DNA from: Candidatus Adlerbacteria bacterium RIFCSPHIGHO2_12_FULL_53_18 | Lineage (GTDB): Bacteria; Patescibacteriota; Minisyncoccia; Phycocordibacterales; SBAW01 | Direction of reading: 5' to 3' | Length of the DNA stretch: 43,214 bases | Assembly (NCBI GenBank): GCA_001775475.1 | Contig: MEWW01000017.1 | Coordinates: 1-43,214, forward strand | Part shown: positions 35,043-43,214 of the stretch, piece after piece | How the letters are laid out: every line of letters begins with the position of its first letter | Numbering within the stretch: the stretch's first letter is position 1 | Program-made: the position numbers and the translations under genes | The notes under the pieces: model-generated | What the model was told of the DNA's origin: nothing | Databases searched by the model: none | The model's input: only the letters and a program-made list of their open reading frames with translations

Positions 35043-35822
35043 ATGGAGGAAGGTATTCATATTTCGCTCGCAGCAGAGCGCTTATTTTCACTGTGGGGGA
35101 TACCCATAACCAACACAGTTGTGACCGCGGTGGGGATTGCAGTACTCCTTATTATAGCGGGGTTTGTCTTTGGTAGACGGTTGAAACTCGTCCCCGGGCG
35201 CTTCCAGACCGCTGTCGAAGCGGGGTTTGAGTATGTTTTCGGCTACGTAGAGCAGACACTTGGGAGCCGGGCTTTGGCACAGCGTTACTTTCCTTTAATA
35301 GCAACCATCTTCCTTTTTATATTGGTGGCGAACACGCTCCACTTTTTTCCGTTCGTCGGACACGCTATCGGGCTGGAAGATCCAAGCACCAACGGCCTCG
35401 CTCCCTTGCTGCGCGCGCCTAACACCGACCTCAATACTCCGCTGGCGCTTGCTATCATCACGTTCTTGGTTGTTGAGATTTCAGGCATCCTCGCCCTGGG
35501 GCTGTTGAAATACGGCTCAAAATTTGTTAATTTCAAGGCAGGCGCGATAGGGTTCGTTGTTGGACTCCTCGAGATTATCGGCAACCTCGCGCGTCTTGTC
35601 TCGCTGTCGTTCCGGCTCTTTGGAGCGATATTCGCAGGCGAGGTACTGCTCCTAGTCATGGGCGTATTCGTGCCATACTTTCTGCCGGTGCCGCTCATGG
35701 CGTTCGAGCTTTTTATCGGATTCCTGCAGGCGGCTATTTTTGCGATTCTGACACTCGCATACATCAAGCTGGCGTTGGAAGAGCCGCACGGCAGCGAGCA
35801 CGCGCACGCAGGCGCACATTAA
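35043..35822 (+). CDS. atpB: ATP synthase Fo subunit a
   Basis: P..FQ...E, SLSFRLFG (essential Arg) and LQAAIF motifs. Confidence 0.95.
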   Translation: MEEGIHISLAAERLFSLWGIPITNTVVTAVGIAVLLIIAGFVFGRRLKLVPGRFQTAVEAGFEYVFGYVEQTLGSRALAQRYFPLIATIFLFILVANTLHFFPFVGHAIGLEDPSTNGLAPLLRAPNTDLNTPLALAIITFLVVEISGILALGLLKYGSKFVNFKAGAIGFVVGLLEIIGNLARLVSLSFRLFGAIFAGEVLLLVMGVFVPYFLPVPLMAFELFIGFLQAAIFAILTLAYIKLALEEPHGSEHAHAGAH

Positions 35823-35843
35823 TTAAGCTTCAATTATTAGTAG

Positions 35844-36083
<240 letters not shown>

Positions 36084-36095
36084 CTACGCGAACGG

Positions 36096-36200
36096 TTTCG
36101 CTGAATTGGTCTTCGAAAAGTCCTCGGTTCTCCCGTCTCGCGCCGCTCTCTGCGGAGCGTCCTCGCGGGCCAGACTTTTCTCACACCAATTCCAGCTCCA
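36096..36200. repeat. 105-bp structured intercistronic repeat, copy 1 (atpE-atpF)
   Basis: Core GAAAAGTCCTCGG.TCTCCCGTCTCGCGCCGC...CCTCGCGGGCCAGACTTTT shared with 40769-40873. Confidence 0.9.
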
Positions 36201-36212
36201 CGTATAGATAGT

Positions 36213-36653
36213 ATGGAACAGGTTCTGCACGTATTCGGCATAGACTGGAAGCTGCTTTTAATCAACGCGGCGAACTTCGGCCTGCTTTTGGCGGCGTTGA
36301 CCTACTTCTTCTATAAGCCGATGATGCGGATGCTCGACCTGCGCCGCGACAAAATCGCGCACGGCGTTGAGGCCGCGCAGAAAGCCGAGGCGGAACTTAA
36401 GGAAATCGAGGCCTCGCGCGCCGCCAAGCTGGCCAAAGCAGGGAAGGAGGCCGACCAGGTGGTTTCCGAAGCGCGCAGTGCAGGCGCCGAAAAGCAGAAA
36501 GAAATCGTTTCTCTTGCCGAAGCCGCTGCCGCACGCACGCTTGTCGAGGCCGAGGCACAGGCGGAGGATATGAAGCAAAAGGCCGTGCAGGAGAGCAAGC
36601 AGGAGGTCGCAAAGCTCGTCGTGCTTGGGATGGAGAGGGCGCTCAAAAAATAA
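36213..36653 (+). CDS. atpF: ATP synthase Fo subunit b
   Basis: N-terminal TM, YKP....D.RR, Ala/Glu-rich coiled coil; operon position. Confidence 0.92.
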   Translation: MEQVLHVFGIDWKLLLINAANFGLLLAALTYFFYKPMMRMLDLRRDKIAHGVEAAQKAEAELKEIEASRAAKLAKAGKEADQVVSEARSAGAEKQKEIVSLAEAAAARTLVEAEAQAEDMKQKAVQESKQEVAKLVVLGMERALKK

Positions 36654-36654
36654 T

Positions 36655-36909
36655 ATGACCCTAGCTGCTCAATATGCCAAAGCGCTCTACGAGAGCAACG
36701 CGCCGGAAGGGGCGCGGTTAAAAAATCTGCGCGAGACCTTGAGACGCCGCGGACATGAAAAGCTTTTGCAGCAAATTTATACGGAGTACAAACGGCTGGT
36801 CGAGGAAGAAAAAAGACTGCAGGAATATAAAAAGATAACGCCGGAGAAAGAACAAACCCGCATACTGCTCGAGCTCTACCAAAAACTAGTACACACACCC
36901 TCGCTGTAA
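36655..36909 (+). CDS. atpH: Short ATP synthase delta-like subunit
   Basis: AAQYAKALYE N-terminal delta motif; between atpF and atpA; only 84 aa. Confidence 0.7.
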   Translation: MTLAAQYAKALYESNAPEGARLKNLRETLRRRGHEKLLQQIYTEYKRLVEEEKRLQEYKKITPEKEQTRILLELYQKLVHTPSL

Positions 36910-36912
36910 ACT

Positions 36913-38469
36913 ATGGCTAACTTTATAGAACAATTTAAAAAAGAGATCGAAGGCTTTGTCCCGAGCGAGCGAGCGCAAGGAGGTATCGTGACGCGCGTGC
37001 AAGACGGCGTTGCGGAGATTGAGGGCCTGGAGCGCGCGGGCATGTCGGAGATGGTGCGTTTTAATATTGCAGAGGGCAAGCCGCTTCAAAAAGCAGTTGA
37101 GGGCCAAAGTCACGTGTACGGCGTCATTTTGAACCTGGAAGAGGAGTCAGTGCGCGCGATTATTTTAGGCGACCAGGCTTCCGTTGCCGAGGGCATGCCG
37201 GTTGAGGCAACAGGAACGACGCTTTCTATCCCTGTGGGGGAGGCACTGCTTGGCCGCGTGGTCTCGGCCTTAGGCGAGCCTTTGGACGGCCTCGGGGCAA
37301 TCAAGGCGGAGAAACACAACCCTATTGAGCGCGAGGCGTACGGCGTGATGGACCGACAGAGTGTTAACCAGCCCTTGCACACCGGCATCAAAGCCATCGA
37401 CTCGATGATCCCGATTGGCCGCGGCCAGCGCGAGCTTATCATCGGTGACAGAGGCACCGGCAAAACGACGGTTGCAATAGACACGATTTTAAACCAGCTT
37501 GCAGAACCGGAAGAGAGCCGCCCTGTGTGCATCTACGTAGCGGTCGGCCAAAAAGAAAGCAAGACGGCAAGACTCAGCGGCCTGCTTAAAGAGCGTGGAG
37601 CGATGGACTACACGATTATCGTTGACGCCGGCGCCTCCGCACCCGCAGCACTGCAATACTTGGCGCCCTTTGCAGGTGCGGCGATAGGCGAGTACTTCAT
37701 GGATAAGGGCCGCGACGCCTTGATTATCTATGACGACCTCTCCAAGCACGCGGTGGCCTACCGTGCACTTTCACTCCTGTTGCGCCGCCCGCCGGGCCGC
37801 GAGGCGTACCCGGGCGACGTGTTTTATCTCCACTCGCGCCTCTTGGAGCGCGCGGCAAAGCTCAACGCAGAAAAAGGCGGGGGTTCCTTAACCGCGCTCC
37901 CCATCATCGAGACGCAGGAGAACGACATCTCCGGCTACATCCCAACCAACGTGATTTCTATCACCGACGGGCAGATATTTTTGGAGACCGACCTCTTTAA
38001 CAAAGGTACGCGGCCTGCCATCAACGCCGGCAACTCGGTGTCACGCGTAGGCTCCGCCGCGCAAACCAAGGCGATGAAAAAAGTCTCCGGCAAGATCAAG
38101 CTCGAGCTGGCGCAGTTTCGCGAGCTGGAGGCCTTTATGCAGTTTGCACAGGACCTCGACCCCGACACCAAAAAGCGCATCGACCGGGGAGCGCGCATGA
38201 TGGCGATTTTGAAGCAAAAGAACGGTGCTCCAATGGCGTTCGAGCGGCAGGCGGTGGTGATTTATGCCGCGGTGAACGGTTATCTTGAAAGAGTTGCGGT
38301 AGGCCGCGTCGGCGAGTTTGAAGAAAAATTCCTGAACTTCCTCGACTCAAGTGCCAACCATGTGCTTGAGTCTATAGCCAAAGCAAAGGATATCGTTTTG
38401 CAGACCGAAGAGGAGTTAAAGACGCAGCTCAAAAAGTTCGAAGAGACACATCCGGACCTCTTTAAGTAG
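36913..38469 (+). CDS. atpA: ATP synthase F1 alpha
   Basis: [40 protein letters not shown]. Confidence 0.98.
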   Translation: MANFIEQFKKEIEGFVPSERAQGGIVTRVQDGVAEIEGLERAGMSEMVRFNIAEGKPLQKAVEGQSHVYGVILNLEEESVRAIILGDQASVAEGMPVEATGTTLSIPVGEALLGRVVSALGEPLDGLGAIKAEKHNPIEREAYGVMDRQSVNQPLHTGIKAIDSMIPIGRGQRELIIGDRGTGKTTVAIDTILNQLAEPEESRPVCIYVAVGQKESKTARLSGLLKERGAMDYTIIVDAGASAPAALQYLAPFAGAAIGEYFMDKGRDALIIYDDLSKHAVAYRALSLLLRRPPGREAYPGDVFYLHSRLLERAAKLNAEKGGGSLTALPIIETQENDISGYIPTNVISITDGQIFLETDLFNKGTRPAINAGNSVSRVGSAAQTKAMKKVSGKIKLELAQFRELEAFMQFAQDLDPDTKKRIDRGARMMAILKQKNGAPMAFERQAVVIYAAVNGYLERVAVGRVGEFEEKFLNFLDSSANHVLESIAKAKDIVLQTEEELKTQLKKFEETHPDLFK

Positions 38470-38470
38470 T

Positions 38471-40766
<2,296 letters not shown>

Positions 40767-40768
40767 CT

Positions 40769-40873
40769 TTTCGCTACTTGATTCCTTGAAAAAGTCCTCG
40801 GGTCTCCCGTCTCGCGCCGCCTCCTGCGGGGCGGCCTCGCGGGCCAGACTTTTTCTCGGAACAAGTAGCTCCA
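40769..40873. repeat. 105-bp structured intercistronic repeat, copy 2 (atpD-atpC)
   Basis: Same core as 36096-36200 with a different but still complementary outer stem. Confidence 0.9.
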
Positions 40874-40877
40874 ATAT

Positions 40878-41108
40878 ATGAAAGTTGTAATTGCAAAAGT
40901 TGATCAAAATCTATTCGACGGCGAAGCCAAGTCTTTAACCGTGCCTGCTGCCGACGGCGAGATGACCGTTTTGCCCGAACACATGCCGGTTGTGACGACG
41001 CTCAAGGCAGGGACAATAACGGTGCGTAGTGCGCAAGGCGAACAGCAATTTCCAATTGAAAGCGGGGTGTTGGAAGTTCGCCGCGACGGCGCGACGGTGA
41101 TTCTCTAA
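40878..41108 (+). CDS. atpC: ATP synthase F1 epsilon, beta-sandwich only
   Basis: GE.TVLPEH.P..T.L..G and GVLEV motifs; 76 aa, ends before the helical hairpin. Confidence 0.88.
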   Translation: MKVVIAKVDQNLFDGEAKSLTVPAADGEMTVLPEHMPVVTTLKAGTITVRSAQGEQQFPIESGVLEVRRDGATVIL

Positions 41109-41180
41109 CCGGCGTTTCTATTCTGTAACTATTCCTTTCAATTTCTGTTATATTAGTGGACCCACTGCAAGGAGAGGGCC

Positions 41181-41423
41181 ATGAGTGACTTGTTTGTGAG
41201 AATGGAGGACCTCGCTCGGTGGTGGGAGAAAGAACTTGTTTCCACCACGGACGAGATAGCCGCCAAACTGCAGTTCCTTTGTTCGAAGTATAACGGAAAC
41301 CTCATATCAACACGTGCCCATGAGATGCCTCAGGATGTCCTCGCGACCCTGCAGTTATGTGAGAAGTGCTGGTTTGAGAAGCATCCGGATGGAGGGGTCC
41401 TCCACTTTAGGTCGACCGACTGA
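41181..41423 (+). CDS. Small hypothetical protein
   Basis: TGTTATATT -10, AAGGAGAGG ribosome-binding site, terminator 41425-41459. Confidence 0.6.
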   Translation: MSDLFVRMEDLARWWEKELVSTTDEIAAKLQFLCSKYNGNLISTRAHEMPQDVLATLQLCEKCWFEKHPDGGVLHFRSTD

Positions 41424-41479
41424 AGCCCTGCGCGAACTCGCGCAGGGCCGTTTTGTTTGTTATAAATTTTATGTACCGC

Positions 41480-41552
41480 GGGCCTGTAGCTCACTTGGTA
41501 GAGCGCTTCCATGGCATGGAAGAGGCAAGGGGTTCGAATCCCCTCAGGTCCA
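41480..41552 (+). tRNA. tRNA-Ala(GGC)
   Basis: Acceptor GGGCCTG/CAGGTCC; anticodon arm CTTCC-ATGGCAT-GGAAG. Confidence 0.96.
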
Positions 41553-41579
41553 CACATTTACCGTGCTACAATTTTTTAT

Positions 41580-42521
41580 GTGACCGCGGGAGAGTTAGTA
41601 ACCCTGGGGCTTTATCTCATGCAACAACTGGGCGTCATGCTTGGTGTTGGGGCTGCAACTGTTACCCTTATTGCCCATCTTGTCTCAACGCGCGACGGCG
41701 TTGTGGAGCCCACCGAGGCGCGCTTTGCGCGCACCATAGAGCGGCTTCTTATGGTTGGGCTCTTTTTTATCATTGTCTCGGGGGTAGCCATAACCGCAAT
41801 TCATAGTCTCGAGGGAGAGGCACAGCTTATCTTTACCCCCGCATACATTTTTAAATGGTTGCTTATCGGCGTTGTCGCCCTGCCCTTAATTGCTGGGCAT
41901 AAAAATCCTTTCCCGCCGATTTTGTTTGAGGGCTTTATCGGCGCCACATGGTATGCGCTGTTTATCCTGCACGTTATCGCTCCCATTACCACCTGGGTAG
42001 ATTTGGCCCTGCTCTACGTTGCATGGACAGCAGGCTTCCTTGTCCTGTGGACTGGGCTCGCGCGACTTATACATGCAAACAACTTTACACTGGCCTTGGC
42101 AAAAAAATCTGAAGCTCCCGCTGCTCCAAAACCGGTTGTTGCAACTCCTGCACCAAAGCCCACGCCCAAACCTGTTGTAACTATTACCCCTGCGCCCAAA
42201 CTACCCACACCCCCTCCCGCTCCCGTAGCACCGCTCACTCCAAAACTAGTTGCAGCTGTGGCGCCAACTAAACCCGTGGCCGCAGCAGCACCGCACAAAC
42301 CTGCAGAGCTGCCGCCGGCACACGTGCTACTTTCGCCAAAGTCTGCCGAACCCGTGCCCGCTAAACCAGCACTCTCTGTGCCGGCTAAGCCTCCGACTAA
42401 ACCTGAAGAAAAAGTGGAAGACCCAGATCAGTATCCAGGCCTCCCGGCAATCCGCGTTATGCCAAGAACTCCGGAGGATGTGGACAAACAACTTCGCGAA
42501 GCCATAGTACAATTTTCATAA
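41580..42521 (+). CDS. Multi-TM membrane protein with Pro/Ala/Lys-rich tail
   Basis: About 5 TM helices then a low-complexity PAPK tail; GTG 41580 lies 7 nt after TGCTACAAT. Confidence 0.7.
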   Translation: MTAGELVTLGLYLMQQLGVMLGVGAATVTLIAHLVSTRDGVVEPTEARFARTIERLLMVGLFFIIVSGVAITAIHSLEGEAQLIFTPAYIFKWLLIGVVALPLIAGHKNPFPPILFEGFIGATWYALFILHVIAPITTWVDLALLYVAWTAGFLVLWTGLARLIHANNFTLALAKKSEAPAAPKPVVATPAPKPTPKPVVTITPAPKLPTPPPAPVAPLTPKLVAAVAPTKPVAAAAPHKPAELPPAHVLLSPKSAEPVPAKPALSVPAKPPTKPEEKVEDPDQYPGLPAIRVMPRTPEDVDKQLREAIVQFS

Positions 42522-43136
42522 ATGCACTTTTTTAGCGATCCGCGCCCCAAAAAAATCGTCATCCTGTGCGGCCACCCCGACAAAGGGCGGACCTTTACCG
42601 GAGAGCTGACCTTGCTGTACGAGACTGCGGCTAGAGCTGCCGGCCACGAGGTCAAGCGCTTTAACCTCTACGATATGAGGTTCGACCCGATACTCCACCA
42701 AGGTTACAAGGTGATACAGGAGCTTGAGCCAGACTTGTTGAAGTTTCAGGAAGCGGTTAGATGGTGCGACCATTTTGTAATCCTGTATCCAGTGTGGTGG
42801 TCGAGCATGCCCGCGCTTTTAAAAGGCTTGTTCGACCGCGCATGGCTGCCGGGCTTTGCCTACAACATGCGCAAAAACAAACAAGGGACACCCGCGCTCG
42901 GCTGGCGCAAACGGCTTAAGGGTAAGACTGCCCGGGTTGTTGTCGTGTCCGGAACACAGCCGTTTTTTATTTGGCTTCTCTTTGGTGACTACACCAACGA
43001 AATTAAGCGCGCTGTTCTGTGGTTTGCCGGTTTTAAGGTAAAGATGAGCCGCTTCGGCCCCAATGAAATTGCGCCGGAGTGGAAGAAAAACGAGTGGCGC
43101 AAAAAAGTTGCCCTTTTGGGCAAGCTGGGGGAGTAG
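42522..43136 (+). CDS. Flavodoxin-like NAD(P)H:quinone oxidoreductase (Flavodoxin_2 family)
   Basis: GHP, FDP.L, YPVWWSSMPALLKG.FDR..LPGFAY and LKGK motifs. Confidence 0.88.
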   Translation: MHFFSDPRPKKIVILCGHPDKGRTFTGELTLLYETAARAAGHEVKRFNLYDMRFDPILHQGYKVIQELEPDLLKFQEAVRWCDHFVILYPVWWSSMPALLKGLFDRAWLPGFAYNMRKNKQGTPALGWRKRLKGKTARVVVVSGTQPFFIWLLFGDYTNEIKRAVLWFAGFKVKMSRFGPNEIAPEWKKNEWRKKVALLGKLGE

Positions 43137-43160
43137 TTCGGCCGTAAAATATCCATACAT

Positions 43161-43180
43161 TATAATTAAGCTATAGCTTA
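43161..43180 (+). promoter_or_regulatory. TATAAT -10 followed by a perfect 14-bp palindrome
   Basis: TATAAT (43161-43166) then TAAGCTATAGCTTA (43167-43180), before an ATG at 43187 or 43191. Confidence 0.5.
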
Positions 43181-43214
43181 CAAATAATGTATGGGGAGAT
43201 TGGAAAGGGAACAT

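Noticed and set aside
43187-43214. Start of a gene at the right edge
   Set aside because: Only 8-9 codons are visible; frame and product cannot be assigned.

Overview
A 43-kb bacterial chromosomal segment, most likely from a Patescibacteria (CPR)/Parcubacteria genome using the standard code. This placement is inferred from DUF5667- and CAP-type surface proteins, shortened core proteins and starts that look leaderless. Housekeeping content: FKBP PPIase, tgt, uvrB/uvrA/uvrC, ddl, a pterin dehydratase, five tRNAs (Ala TGC/CGC/GGC, Val CAC, Pro CGG), a cytochrome bo3 quinol oxidase operon (cyoABCDE) interrupted by a RelE-type toxin-antitoxin pair and a 76-bp MITE, a complete F1Fo ATP synthase operon and a flavodoxin-like NAD(P)H:quinone oxidoreductase. 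The centre (about 19.5-34.3 kb) is an accessory extracellular region. It holds a lysyl oxidase, a matrixin-like protease, three Cys-x35-Cys secreted paralogues (one with an in-frame TGA), and a GT2 plus polysaccharide deacetylase unit bounded by 36-bp direct repeats. Divergent from that unit is a sipW operon with three TasA/CalY-like proteins and a lamin-tail protein. Non-coding signals seen directly in the sequence: a ~155-nt structured RNA between tgt and uvrB with its own promoter and terminator; a long G-U-rich structured leader and six phased DnaA-box-like 9-mers before the TasA-like operon; two covarying 105-bp elements in the atp operon; and in-frame palindromic insertions sharing one loop in tgt and uvrC. 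All calls come from motif recognition by eye; no searches were run.
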